Positions 9,214-19,044 of a stretch of 62,563 nt of DNA are shown piece by piece. The notes beneath the pieces are model-generated. The model had not been told where the DNA came from. It searched no databases and was given only the letters and a program-made list of their open reading frames with translations. The stretch comes from Pseudomonadota bacterium. GTDB taxonomy: Bacteria; Pseudomonadota; Gammaproteobacteria; Pseudomonadales; UBA5862. Both the position numbers and the translations under genes were made by a program. Every line of letters begins with the position of its first letter. Within the stretch, counting starts at the first letter, position 1. The DNA lies in NCBI GenBank assembly GCA_034189125.1, contig JAXHVB010000068.1, positions 1-62,563 of the forward strand, read 5' to 3'.

Positions 9214-9824
9214 AGGGCCATCGTTTCACCGCTGCTGTGCTGCTGATGCTGGCTCTGGCTTTGATCGGTGCGGCGCGTGCAGAGGAGAATGAACCACTCG
9301 CCAGCGCGGTCTTTGCGGGTGGATGTTTTTGGTGCATGGAGCCGCCTTTTGATCGCCTGGAAGGTGTGGTGCGCACCACTTCGGGATACGCAGGTGGCGC
9401 AGAATCCAACCCGACCTACAAGCAAGTGGCATCCGGTGGCACCGGACACGCCGAGGTGGTGGAAGTGGTCTATGACCCCAAGCGGTTGACCTACGCGGAT
9501 TTGCTGGCCGTCTTCTGGAGGCAGGTGGATCCTCTGGATGGTGGCGGGCAGTTTTGCGACCGGGGCCGCCAATATCGTCCCGCAATTTTTGTGGCCAACG
9601 CGCAGCAGCGGCGGACCGCTGAGGCTTCACTGAAAGAGTTGGTGGACAGTGGCCGATTTGCAGCCCCGATCGCGGTCACCATCGAGCCACTGGACCGATT
9701 TTGGCCGGCGGAGCAGGAGCACCAGGACTACTACCGGCGCAATCCGGTGCGCTACAAATTCTACCGCTGGAACTGCGGTCGGGATGCGCGCCTCGAGTCA
9801 CTCTGGGGCACACCGGCGGATTGA
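9210..9824 (+). CDS. msrA: peptide-methionine (S)-S-oxide reductase MsrA with Sec-type signal peptide
   Basis: Signal MKGHRFTAAVLLMLALALIGAARA, then the GGCFWCME active-site block and GHAEVVEVVYDP. The ATG overlaps the msrB stop (ATGA). Confidence 0.9.
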   Translation: MKGHRFTAAVLLMLALALIGAARAEENEPLASAVFAGGCFWCMEPPFDRLEGVVRTTSGYAGGAESNPTYKQVASGGTGHAEVVEVVYDPKRLTYADLLAVFWRQVDPLDGGGQFCDRGRQYRPAIFVANAQQRRTAEASLKELVDSGRFAAPIAVTIEPLDRFWPAEQEHQDYYRRNPVRYKFYRWNCGRDARLESLWGTPAD

Positions 9825-9836
9825 GGTGGTGGGCTG

Positions 9837-10757
9837 GTGGGATGTCGGTTGAACCCGCTTTGGATCCCCATGGGATTGCGATGGGCCTGGTTGCCGGCTG
9901 TGCTGCTGCTTGCAGGCTGCAGCGGGTTGTTTTTCTTTCCTGAACCGGGCCTTCGCCGCACGCCAGCGGAGCTCGGGCTGCACCATGAGGATGTCCGAAT
10001 CCCGACCACCGAGGACCGAGAGGTGCATGGCTGGTGGCTACCGGCCGCGACCGAAGCACCGCTTGGTGCGGTGTTTTATTTGCACGGCAACGCGGAGAAC
10101 ATCAGCACCCACATCCACAACGTCGCTTGGCTCCCGGAGCAGGGCTATGGGGTGTTTCTCATGGACTACCGGGGGTTTGGTTTGTCTACCGGTCGCCCCA
10201 GTGTCGAGGGTGCAATCGAAGATGCCCGCTTTGGGCTGCGTTGGCTGCTGGCTCAACCCGGTGTGGCGCAAGGCCCCGTGTTCCTATTGGGCCAGAGCAT
10301 TGGTGGCGCGGTCGCACTCTACCTGGTCGGCACCGAGGCGGACCTCAATGGGGCGGTCACCGCGGTGGTCAGCGATGGTGCTTTCAGCCAATACAGCCAA
10401 ATCGCGCGTGAGGCGAGTGCGCGCAGCTGGCTTTTGTGGCCGCTGCAATGGCCGATTGGCTGGGCCATGGCGAACCCGGCGGATCCGGTGGAGGTGGTCG
10501 AGCGGGTGAGTCCGACGCCCTTGTTGCTCATCCACAGTGGCCAGGATCCGGTGATTCCAGTCCACCATGGTGCGAGACTCTTTGCTCGAGCGCTCGCCCC
10601 CAAATGCTGGTTGCAGACCCGTGGTCCCCACACCGCGACCTTTGCCTATGCACCCTACCGTGCAGCACTGCTGGAGTTCTTTGCATGTGCTGTTTCCGCG
10701 CCGGGTCTTGGCGGTTGCATCCCGGCTGGAGCACAGTGCAGCGTGGTCGAACCTTAA
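9837..10757 (+). CDS. alpha/beta-fold hydrolase, probable lipoprotein
   Basis: Lipobox LLLAGCSG. HGNAENIS, MDYRGFGLSTG and the nucleophile elbow GQSIGG. The start could instead be the ATG at 9870. Confidence 0.8.
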   Translation: MGCRLNPLWIPMGLRWAWLPAVLLLAGCSGLFFFPEPGLRRTPAELGLHHEDVRIPTTEDREVHGWWLPAATEAPLGAVFYLHGNAENISTHIHNVAWLPEQGYGVFLMDYRGFGLSTGRPSVEGAIEDARFGLRWLLAQPGVAQGPVFLLGQSIGGAVALYLVGTEADLNGAVTAVVSDGAFSQYSQIAREASARSWLLWPLQWPIGWAMANPADPVEVVERVSPTPLLLIHSGQDPVIPVHHGARLFARALAPKCWLQTRGPHTATFAYAPYRAALLEFFACAVSAPGLGGCIPAGAQCSVVEP

Positions 10758-10783
10758 GGTTTCGCGCCTAAGTGGGTGCTTAC

Positions 10784-11479
10784 TCAGGGTGCCCAGTAGA
10801 CGTGGAGCGGTGCGCTGCTCTGCTCCAACAAGGCGCGCACTGGATACTGTTCGACCGGGCCCTGTTGGCGTGCCTCCAGGTACCGTTGCCACTTGTCTGC
10901 ACCTTCAATGTGCAGGTAGACGCCCCGGGCATTGAGGAGGGTGCGCAGGGTCATGCTCACGCGCAGGTGTGGGACCCCGGCAGGCGGCGTCACCGGGATG
11001 GTCAGGTCGGCTTCGCTGGAGAGGCCTCGGTGGAGGTCGGGGCTGCCGGGAAACAGCGAGGCAGTGTGGCCATCACCACCCATACCGAGTACCACCGCAT
11101 CGAACGGCTGGTTGAGGCGCGCCACGGCGGCCTCGGAATCAATGTGGCCCTGGCGGGGGTCCGGCGCCGTGCTGGTGAGCCCCACCAGTTCAGCTTCGGA
11201 TGCCCGGCCCACCAACAACTCACGGCGCACCAGTCCTTCGTTGCTGTCGGGGTGGTGGGCCGGCACCCAGCGGTCATCAGCCAGGCTGACCTGAATGCGG
11301 TTCCAGGGGATAGGCTGTTGCCGCAGGGCGTGAAACAGCGGGATCGGCGTACGCCCGCCTGACACCACCAGGGTGGCGCTGCCGCGGCGTTCGGCGCCAT
11401 TGACCAGGGCGCTGGCCAGCTGCTCTGCCAGGCTGAGGTGCAGGGTGCTGGCATCTTCGAAGCGGTGCACCTCATGCAT
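10784..11479 (-). CDS. pgl: 6-phosphogluconolactonase
   Basis: LVVSGGRTPIPLF, DDRWVP and VVLGMGGDGHTASLFPG. RBS GAGGGG lies 5 nt upstream. Lies 47 nt downstream of zwf. Confidence 0.9.
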   Translation of the reverse strand: MHEVHRFEDASTLHLSLAEQLASALVNGAERRGSATLVVSGGRTPIPLFHALRQQPIPWNRIQVSLADDRWVPAHHPDSNEGLVRRELLVGRASEAELVGLTSTAPDPRQGHIDSEAAVARLNQPFDAVVLGMGGDGHTASLFPGSPDLHRGLSSEADLTIPVTPPAGVPHLRVSMTLRTLLNARGVYLHIEGADKWQRYLEARQQGPVEQYPVRALLEQSSAPLHVYWAP

Positions 11480-11526
11480 ATCGGCCCCTCTGCAGCCGAG
11501 CTGCTGCCTTGGCGAATGGGTGAGAG

Positions 11527-12990
11527 TCAGTCTTCATGCCAGGTGAATCCATCCCGTTCAATAAGGGCAATGGCTGAACTGGGTCCCCAGGAGCCGGCGA
11601 TGTAGTGCTTCAACTGGTGGGGGTTTTGTTCCCAGCCTTCCAGAATCGCATCGCACCATTTCCACGCTGACTCCAGCTCGTCGCGGCGCATGAACAGTGT
11701 AGGGCGGCCCCGGATGACATCGATCAGCAGGCGTTCGTAGGCATCCGGCAGCCGGCCCTTGAAGGTCTCGGCGAAGTCCAGATTGAGATTGACCGGCCGC
11801 AGTTGCATGCCAGGCCCAGGTGTTTTGGCCATCATGGTCAGGCGCACACCCTCCTCGGGCTGAAGCCGCAGCACCAGGCGGTTGTTCACCAGCTGGCCGG
11901 AGTCGGTTGCAAAGATCGAATGGGGGACCGGGCGAAAGTTGAGGATGATCTCCGACATCCGCTCGGGCAACCGCTTGCCTGTGCGCAAGTAGAAGGGCAC
12001 ATCCGCCCAGCGCCAATTGTCCACGTAGGTCTTGATGGCCACGAAGGTTTCGGTGTTGCTCTCTCCACCCGTCCCGGATTCCTCCAGGTAACCGGGGACG
12101 GGGGCGCCGTTCACTGCTCCGGCGCGGTACTGGCCGCGCACCGTGGCCTGATTGACGTTGCCATCGGAGATGGGACGCAGTGCCCGCAAGACCTTGAGCT
12201 TTTCGTCCCGCACCTCATCGGCGTCCAGGTCGGATGGCGGCTCCATGGCCACCAGGCACAGCAACTGAAGCATGTGGTTCTGCACCATGTCCCGCAGTGC
12301 CCCGGCGTTGTCGTAGTATCCTCCCCGGCCCTCTACGCCCACCTGCTCGGCCACGGTGATCTGCACGTGGTCGATGTAGCCTGCACGCCAGACCGGCTCG
12401 AAAAACGCGTTGCCAAAGCGCAACACCATGAGGTTCTGGACGGTTTCCTTGCCCAAGTAGTGGTCGATCCGATAGATCTGGTGTTCGGCGAATACGGCGC
12501 CCACGGCATCGTTGATGGCGCGGGATGACTCCAAGTTGTGGCCCAGTGGCTTCTCGAGCACCACCCGGGCCTGGTCGTGCACCAGGCCCACCGCATTGAG
12601 GTGCTGGCAAATGGCTCCGAACAGCGCTGGCGCGACTGCCAGATAAAACACGCGTGGGCAGGAGTTGTCACCAAGGGAGCCTTTGAGCCGCTGGTAGTCT
12701 TCGAGCCGATTGGCGTCCAGCTCAATGTAGTCGATGAACTGGGTGAAGGACTCGAAGCTCTCCGCCTCAAAGTGGGATTCCTTCACGTGATCCCTGAACG
12801 CGGCGCGCAGCAGGTCAAGGTAGGCGTCGCGCGACATGGCCTTGCGTGACAGCCCGATGATGCGACAGCGGTCGGGCAGCTGGCCTTCCTGATGGCGGTG
12901 GTAGAGCGCCGGCATGAGCTTGCGCAGGGTCAGGTCTCCGGTGCCACCGAACACCAGGATTTCGAATGGACAGATTGGATCTAGCGCCAT
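11527..12990 (-). CDS. zwf: glucose-6-phosphate 1-dehydrogenase
   Basis: FGGTGDLTLRKLMPALY and RIDHYLGKE motifs, full length. ATG at 12990 has AGGAG 7 nt upstream (the ORF-track start at 12993 is a GTG one codon earlier). Confidence 0.95.
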   Translation of the reverse strand: MALDPICPFEILVFGGTGDLTLRKLMPALYHRHQEGQLPDRCRIIGLSRKAMSRDAYLDLLRAAFRDHVKESHFEAESFESFTQFIDYIELDANRLEDYQRLKGSLGDNSCPRVFYLAVAPALFGAICQHLNAVGLVHDQARVVLEKPLGHNLESSRAINDAVGAVFAEHQIYRIDHYLGKETVQNLMVLRFGNAFFEPVWRAGYIDHVQITVAEQVGVEGRGGYYDNAGALRDMVQNHMLQLLCLVAMEPPSDLDADEVRDEKLKVLRALRPISDGNVNQATVRGQYRAGAVNGAPVPGYLEESGTGGESNTETFVAIKTYVDNWRWADVPFYLRTGKRLPERMSEIILNFRPVPHSIFATDSGQLVNNRLVLRLQPEEGVRLTMMAKTPGPGMQLRPVNLNLDFAETFKGRLPDAYERLLIDVIRGRPTLFMRRDELESAWKWCDAILEGWEQNPHQLKHYIAGSWGPSSAIALIERDGFTWHED

Positions 12991-13171
12991 CACCAGGCTC
13001 CTGACAGTTCACCGCTGCGCTGCGTGCGTGGAAGAAGGGGTAACGCAGGAAGCGTTCCAACTCTTGGGTTCTGGATGGCATGGTTCTTCCATCCGTTGCA
13101 TTGCTCCAAGCCACTGCGTAGCTTGAGGTTCCCAATGCGCCCGCACGCGCCCTGAACGAGGTTCATTCATC

Positions 13172-15070
13172 ATGGCCATGCTCAATGCGACCGTCAACGC
13201 AGTCACCGAGCGCATTCGCTCGCGCAGCCGCGGTTCTAGGCAAGAGTACCTGCAGCGGCTCCAGGGTGCCCGCCAGCATGGGCTGGCACGCACCAGTCTG
13301 TCTTGTACCAATTTGGCGCACGCAATCGCCGCCTGCCCCGGTGCTGAGAAGGATGCGCTCAAGGGCGAGCGTGCCCCGAACGTTGGCATTGTGTCGGCCT
13401 ACAATGACATGCTGTCCGCCCACCAGCCCTACGCCAGTTTCCCCGCAGTGATCAAGCAAGCGGCTCAGGCAGCCGGTGGGGCCGCGCAATTCGCCGGCGG
13501 GGTGCCAGCGATGTGCGATGGCGTCACCCAGGGTCAACCAGGAATGGAGTTGTCGCTGTTCAGTCGCGACGTCATTGCCCTGTCGACCGCGGTGGCCCTG
13601 TCCCACAACGTGTTTGACGGGGTGCTTTACCTGGGTGTGTGCGACAAGATCGTACCTGGCCTCTTGATCGGAGCGATCAGTTTTGGCCACCTGCCGGGGA
13701 TATTCGTGCCCGCCGGTCCCATGCCGTCGGGCATTTCCAATACCGAGAAGTCCGAGGCGCGCCAACGCTTTGCCGAGGGCAAGATTGACGTGCGAGACCT
13801 GCTCGAGGTGGAGTCCCAGGCCTACCATGCCCCGGGCACCTGCACGTTCTACGGGACTGCCAACTCCAATCAGATGCTCATGGAGGTGATGGGCCTGCAC
13901 CTTCCGGGTGCATCCTTTGTTCCACCCGGCACCCCCCTACGTGACGCACTCACTGCCGAGGCCACGCGGCGGGTGCTGGCCCTGCATGCCGAGGGCGGTC
14001 CCGGGCTCGGTGAAGTGGTCGACGAGCGTGCGATTGTCAACGGTGTCGTTGGCCTCTTGGCAACGGGTGGATCGACCAACCACTGCATCCACCTGGTCGC
14101 CATCGCGCGCGCAGCGGGGATCGCGCTCGATTGGGATGACTTCGCTGAGCTTTCCGCAGTGGTTCCCCTGCTGACGCGCATGTACCCCAATGGCAAAGCC
14201 GATGTGAACGAGTTTCATCAAGCCGGAGGAATGGCGGTTTTGATCGGAGAGTTGCTCGATGCCGGGCTCCTGCACGGTGACATTCGCACCGTGTTCGGCA
14301 ACGGGGGCCTGCAGGACTATGTGCGAGCGCCCGCCTTGGTCGACGACACCCTGTACTGGAAGGAGCACCGTGGTGTCAGCACCGATGGCCAGGTTTTGCG
14401 TGGCTGGCAGGACCCCTTTGCTCCGACTGGCGGGCTGCGGCTATTGCAGGGCAACCTGGGTCGCGCGGTCATCAAGGTCTCCGCCGTGCCTGAGTCCCAT
14501 TGGCGCATCCACGCGCCAGCGCGGGTGTTTGACAGTCAAGCGGCATTGCTCGCGGCTTTTGAGCGTGGAGAGCTGGACCGTGACCTTGTGGCGGTGGTGC
14601 GCTTTCAGGGTCCGCGAGCGAACGGCATGCCTGAACTGCACAAGTTGACCCCAGCACTCACTGTGCTGCAGTCACGGGGACACCAGGTGGCGCTCATTAC
14701 AGACGGGCGCATGTCGGGCGCGTCCGGCAAAATCCCGGCGGCCATCCACGTGACCCCGGAATGCGCAAGAGGTGGCCCATTGGCCAAGGTCCGCGATGGT
14801 GACCTGGTGATTGTCGATGCGGTTGAAGGCCGCCTTGAAGCCTGTGTGGATGCCGAAGATTGGGCCGAACGTGACCCTGCGACCCATGACCTCGGCGGCT
14901 ATCAGCATGGCCTTGGTCGAGAGCTGTTTGCGCTGTTTCGGCGGGCGGCAGGGGATGCTGAGGCCGGTGGCAGCCCGCTGTTTGGTGCTGGTGCGCACCG
15001 CGAGTTGGACACAGGTGCTTCGGTTCCCGACGAGTCCTGGCACGAGCTGGTGCGCGCCATCGATGCCTGA
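13172..15070 (+). CDS. edd: phosphogluconate dehydratase (Entner-Doudoroff)
   Basis: IlvD/Edd family: [41 protein letters not shown]. Divergent from zwf. Confidence 0.95.
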   Translation: MAMLNATVNAVTERIRSRSRGSRQEYLQRLQGARQHGLARTSLSCTNLAHAIAACPGAEKDALKGERAPNVGIVSAYNDMLSAHQPYASFPAVIKQAAQAAGGAAQFAGGVPAMCDGVTQGQPGMELSLFSRDVIALSTAVALSHNVFDGVLYLGVCDKIVPGLLIGAISFGHLPGIFVPAGPMPSGISNTEKSEARQRFAEGKIDVRDLLEVESQAYHAPGTCTFYGTANSNQMLMEVMGLHLPGASFVPPGTPLRDALTAEATRRVLALHAEGGPGLGEVVDERAIVNGVVGLLATGGSTNHCIHLVAIARAAGIALDWDDFAELSAVVPLLTRMYPNGKADVNEFHQAGGMAVLIGELLDAGLLHGDIRTVFGNGGLQDYVRAPALVDDTLYWKEHRGVSTDGQVLRGWQDPFAPTGGLRLLQGNLGRAVIKVSAVPESHWRIHAPARVFDSQAALLAAFERGELDRDLVAVVRFQGPRANGMPELHKLTPALTVLQSRGHQVALITDGRMSGASGKIPAAIHVTPECARGGPLAKVRDGDLVIVDAVEGRLEACVDAEDWAERDPATHDLGGYQHGLGRELFALFRRAAGDAEAGGSPLFGAGAHRELDTGASVPDESWHELVRAIDA

Positions 15071-15096
15071 GGTATGTCTGGATCGAGCGCGGTGGC

Positions 15097-15723
15097 TCAA
15101 CCCCGTGCCGTTTTGCAGGCCGCAGTGGCGAGTCGGGTGACGCTGTCCCAGTCCCCCTGGGCAAGCGCTTGTCCGGGTGCCACCCAGGAGCCGCCGACAC
15201 AGAGGACGTTGGGCAGCGCTAGGTAGTCTTGCAGGTTCGCTGGGCTGACCCCGCCAGTGGGGCAAAAGGTGACGTCTGGGATGGGCGCGGCGATGGCGCG
15301 CAGAAACGCCGTGCCACCCGCTTGCTCGGCCGGGAACAGCTTGAGGGTTTGGAAGCCGAGGTCCCGCGCCTGAAGGATTTCTGTGGGCGTCATCGCGCCC
15401 GGTAGCAGGGGCACGGGGCCATCCTTGACGGCGCTTGCCAGGTCCGAGGGCAAACCCGGGCTGACCGCAAAGGCGCCACCGACGGCGCACACTTGCTCAT
15501 ATTCCTGCGGGCGGGTCACTGTGCCCGCCCCGGCAATCCACCCCTCCGAATCTTGCGCCAGCCGTCGCAGCGCCTCGAAACCGGCGGGCGTGCGCAGCGT
15601 GATTTCCAGCACCGAGAGGCCCCCGGCCAGCAGCGCCCGTGCCAAGGGCAGGGCCTGGTCGACGTCATGCAGGGTCAAAACCGGGATCACCGGTGCCTGC
15701 TGCAAAATCGCGTGGATCTCCAT
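15097..15723 (-). CDS. eda: 2-dehydro-3-deoxy-6-phosphogluconate (KDPG) aldolase
   Basis: The internal ATG gives MEIHAILQQAPVIPVLTLHDVDQALPLARALLAGGLSVLEITLRTP... and LKLFPAE, GGV. GAGG lies 8 nt upstream. The longer ORF-track N-terminus has no support. Confidence 0.9.
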   Translation of the reverse strand: MEIHAILQQAPVIPVLTLHDVDQALPLARALLAGGLSVLEITLRTPAGFEALRRLAQDSEGWIAGAGTVTRPQEYEQVCAVGGAFAVSPGLPSDLASAVKDGPVPLLPGAMTPTEILQARDLGFQTLKLFPAEQAGGTAFLRAIAAPIPDVTFCPTGGVSPANLQDYLALPNVLCVGGSWVAPGQALAQGDWDSVTRLATAACKTARG

Positions 15724-15770
15724 CGCCGTGCCTCGCGTACCCGTTGGATTCGGTGTTGAGCAAGCAATGC

Positions 15771-16613
15771 CTATGCCGTCTGCTGGACGCCGCGCCGCTG
15801 TTGCGGGCGGTGGCACCATTCAGCGGTCTGCTCCCACAGCTTCGTGCAAAGTGCTGCGTCATAGGTACACCGCGCGCTGCGCCGGGGCTTGCAGTCGACA
15901 AAATAGGCTCCGGTGGTGTCCTGCACCTCTGCTGAACTTGCCAGGTAGATGGACGTCGTCGCCCCTGCTTCCGGGGTGCGCAGCCACCGCCGCAACCAGC
16001 CCGGGTAGTCGGTGATGTCGGTGCTCACGCCGCCTGGGTGCAGGGCATTGACCCGCAGGTCGGGGCGCCGTCGCGCCAATTCGTACGTGAACAGGATCAA
16101 CGCGAGTTTGGCGGTGCCGTAGGCGCGCCACGGCCGGTAGTGGTCTGGGCGGGCCATGGTCGCAAAGTCGCGCAGTCCGAGTCGGTGCATCATCGAGCTT
16201 ACGTTGACGATTCGTGGGAACGCCTGACTCCCGTTCAGGAGCGGCAGCAGCCCCCAGGTCCAATGGGCTGTGCCCAGGTAGTTCACTGCGAAGCTGAGCT
16301 CGAATCCGTCCGCAGAGGTTTCCCACGAGCTGGGCATGACGCCGGCGTTGTTGATGAGCACGTCGATGCGATCGAATTGGGTTCGGCAGCAATCCACAGC
16401 CGCGTCGATTGCGTCCAGACTGGACAGGTCCAGGTGCACCAGGTCGACCTGCATCGCTGGACACCGCGCCAGCAACTGGTCCTTGGCGACCTGGGCGCGA
16501 TCCAGGTTGCGACAGGCGAGGATCAGGTGGACGTCGGGACCGGACAGCCCCTGGGCAGTGGCCAAACCGATGCCGGTGTTGGCGCCGGTGATCAAGATGG
16601 TGCGCGGGCTCAT
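15771..16613 (-). CDS. SDR-family oxidoreductase
   Basis: The internal ATG gives MSPRTILITGANTGIGLATA (TGxxxGxG), NNAG and YGTAKLAL (YxxxK). GGAG lies 9 nt upstream. Confidence 0.85.
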   Translation of the reverse strand: MSPRTILITGANTGIGLATAQGLSGPDVHLILACRNLDRAQVAKDQLLARCPAMQVDLVHLDLSSLDAIDAAVDCCRTQFDRIDVLINNAGVMPSSWETSADGFELSFAVNYLGTAHWTWGLLPLLNGSQAFPRIVNVSSMMHRLGLRDFATMARPDHYRPWRAYGTAKLALILFTYELARRRPDLRVNALHPGGVSTDITDYPGWLRRWLRTPEAGATTSIYLASSAEVQDTTGAYFVDCKPRRSARCTYDAALCTKLWEQTAEWCHRPQQRRGVQQTA

Positions 16614-16683
16614 GGCACTTGCTCCGTGGAACACCTGGCCCCATGGAAGGGTGGGTGTGAGGTGACGCTGCGGCGATTGCCCC

Positions 16684-17142
16684 TCAGGGAAATGGAAACG
16701 GCATGCGAATCGAAACCCCGATGACCACGAACACCACCGCCACTGCAGTGACCGCATAGACGTGGTAGGCAAGAGAGCGGAGCCGACCCGCGTCGAGTTT
16801 CGGAATGACCCGCAGGCGGGCGTCGATCGCAAGCACGACGGTGATCAGCATGAGGATCAGCTTGGTGCTGACCAGGGTATTGGTGCGGTTGCTGAATGAA
16901 AACAGGTCATAAACGTTTTCCAGCAGAAAATGCGCCATCCAAAAACCGGTGACCAGCTGCACGATCAGTGCGGGAATCCCAAGGCGCTCGTAGAGGTGCT
17001 CAAACTCGCTGATCACCGTGGGGTCATTCTCGCGCAGTGCCTTGGGGACCACGCTCAGCGAGAGCACCAAGTGCCCGCCCGCCCATACGGTGGCGCCGAG
17101 TACATGAAGGGTGAGGACATAGGGGTAGATGGCAGCGGTCAT
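16684..17142 (-). CDS. integral membrane protein (about 4 TM helices), CopD/DUF2269-like (tentative)
   Basis: Strongly hydrophobic 152-aa product (HVLGATVWAGGHLVL...). Family assignment is by resemblance only. No clear RBS. Confidence 0.6.
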   Translation of the reverse strand: MTAAIYPYVLTLHVLGATVWAGGHLVLSLSVVPKALRENDPTVISEFEHLYERLGIPALIVQLVTGFWMAHFLLENVYDLFSFSNRTNTLVSTKLILMLITVVLAIDARLRVIPKLDAGRLRSLAYHVYAVTAVAVVFVVIGVSIRMPFPFP

Positions 17143-17219
17143 GGTGTCGTTCGAAACCCGTGCGTGGTTGGTCGATGGGCCGGCCGTTTCGGGTTGCAGC
17201 GCGTGCGGTCCATGCCGTG

Positions 17220-17621
17220 TCAGCGCGGCAGGCGTTTTACGGCCCGGGTGCGACCTGAGCCGTCGATGGAGACCAGCACGAACTCTCCTTCGGTGATCTT
17301 GTTGGGCTGCGCATCGCTCGGCAGGCGGGTCCAGACTTCCACCAGGATGCGCACTGAACTGCGGCCGATTTCCAGGACCTCAACGTAACAGCCCACGGTG
17401 GCCCCCACGTAGACCGGCTGCATGAACGCCAGTTCCTCAATCGCCACTGTCACCACGCGCCCGCCGGCGATTCGTGCCGCGACGATCTCGGCCGCCAAGT
17501 CCATTTGCGACACCAGCCAGCCCGCCGAAATGTCGCCAAAGGCGTTGACGTCGCCGGGCATGGCGACGACTTGCAGTGCCAATTCACCCTGGGGGGTCGG
17601 GTCGATTTCGTCGTCGTTCAT
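17220..17621 (-). CDS. acyl-CoA thioesterase (hotdog fold, YciA-like)
   Basis: MPGDVNAFGDISAGWLVSQMDLAA...FMQPVYVGATVGCYVEV is typical of YciA-type thioesterases. Confidence 0.85.
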   Translation of the reverse strand: MNDDEIDPTPQGELALQVVAMPGDVNAFGDISAGWLVSQMDLAAEIVAARIAGGRVVTVAIEELAFMQPVYVGATVGCYVEVLEIGRSSVRILVEVWTRLPSDAQPNKITEGEFVLVSIDGSGRTRAVKRLPR

Positions 17622-17667
17622 GGCAATTTGTGGTTGTTATGGCCGGTGGCTGTGTTTGGGGCGTGGT

Positions 17668-19044
17668 TCAGCTGCCGTACAGTTGCTGCGGGAGCCAAGT
17701 GGCAAGCTGTGGCCAAACCGCGAGCAGTCCCAGGAGCGCCAGCTGCAGCGCGATAAAGGGTATCACGCCACGGTAGATGGCCGCGGTTTCCACGCTGGCC
17801 GGGGTGACTCCACGCAGGTAGAACAGCGCGAACCCGAACGGCGGGGTCAGGAAGGACGTCTGCAGGTTGATGGCGATCATGATGCCGAGCCAGACTGGGT
17901 CCAGTCCCAGGGTGAGCAGAATGGGCGCGACAATGGGCACCACCACGAAGATGATCTCGATGAAATCGAGGATGAACCCCAGCAGAAAGATTACAGCCAT
18001 CACCAACAGCGTGGCGCTGACGACGCCCCCTGGCATGGTGGCGAAGAGCTCGGTGATCAACTCATCCCCGCCGAAGCCCCGAAAGACCAAGGAAAACAGC
18101 GAGGCGCCGATCAGGATCATAAACACCATGGCCGTCACTTCGAGGGTGGCGCGGCCGATTTCGCCCATCTGGGTGCGGGTCAGGCCGGCCGGTTGCAGTA
18201 CAGCCAGCAGGGTTGCCCCAAAGGCACCAACGCCAGCGGCTTCGGTGGGCGTCGCCCAGCCGAGCAGAATCGACCCGAGTACGCCGGCAATGAGCACCAG
18301 TGGCGGCAGCAGCTCCGCCAGCAGGCGCAAAACTGGCCGTGAAGCCTGGTCGGTGGCAGCGACACGCGGTACGCGGTCAGGGTGGCGCCAACCAATCCAG
18401 GCGATGTAGCCCAGGTACAGCATCACCAGAATCACCCCCGGAACCAGGGCGCCGACGAACAGGTCACCCACCGACACGGTTTTCGGGTTGAAGATGCCGA
18501 GGTCCAACTGGGCCTGCTGGTAGGCGCTCGAGAGCACGTCGCCAAGCAGCACCAGGGCAATGGAGGGCGGAATGATCTGGCCCAGGGTTCCGGTGGCGCA
18601 GATGGTGCCGGTGGCAAAGGATGGCTGGTAGCCACGCTCCAGCATGCTCGGGAGGGACATGAGCCCCATGGTCACCACCGTGGCCCCGACAATGCCGGTA
18701 CTGGCTGCGAGCAACGCACCGACCAACACCACTGAGAACCCGAGGCCACCGCGGATTCCCCCGAACAACTCGGCCATGGTTTTGAGCAACCGCTCGGCAA
18801 GGCGGGACTTTTCCAGCACCACGCCCATCAGCACGAACAGGGGCACCGCAATCAGGGTGGTGTTGGAGAGGGTGCCAAAGACGCGGTTTGGAAAGGCGGT
18901 TAGGAAAGCTGGGTCGAATAGGCCGGCGAGCGTGCCCCCCAAGGCAAACAGCAGGGCGGTTCCAGCGAGGCTAAAGGCCACCGGGTAGCCGGCCATCAAC
19001 ACGAAGCACACCACGGCGAACATCACCAGGGACAGGGCCTGCAT
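17668..19044 (-). CDS. TRAP transporter large permease (DctM, COG4664-like)
   Basis: 458-aa polytopic membrane protein with a DctM-like sequence throughout. The start ATG overlaps the stop of the upstream small permease gene (TGATG). Confidence 0.9.
   Translation of the reverse strand: MQALSLVMFAVVCFVLMAGYPVAFSLAGTALLFALGGTLAGLFDPAFLTAFPNRVFGTLSNTTLIAVPLFVLMGVVLEKSRLAERLLKTMAELFGGIRGGLGFSVVLVGALLAASTGIVGATVVTMGLMSLPSMLERGYQPSFATGTICATGTLGQIIPPSIALVLLGDVLSSAYQQAQLDLGIFNPKTVSVGDLFVGALVPGVILVMLYLGYIAWIGWRHPDRVPRVAATDQASRPVLRLLAELLPPLVLIAGVLGSILLGWATPTEAAGVGAFGATLLAVLQPAGLTRTQMGEIGRATLEVTAMVFMILIGASLFSLVFRGFGGDELITELFATMPGGVVSATLLVMAVIFLLGFILDFIEIIFVVVPIVAPILLTLGLDPVWLGIMIAINLQTSFLTPPFGFALFYLRGVTPASVETAAIYRGVIPFIALQLALLGLLAVWPQLATWLPQQLYGS

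Noticed and set aside
13073-13094. Inverted repeat GGATGG-N10-CCATCC in the zwf/edd intergenic region as a possible HexR operator
   Set aside because: The arms are only 6 bp and it does not match the TTGT-N7/8-ACAA or TGTAATTAAATTACA-type HexR motifs I recall. It could easily arise by chance. It would need a PWM scan or footprinting.
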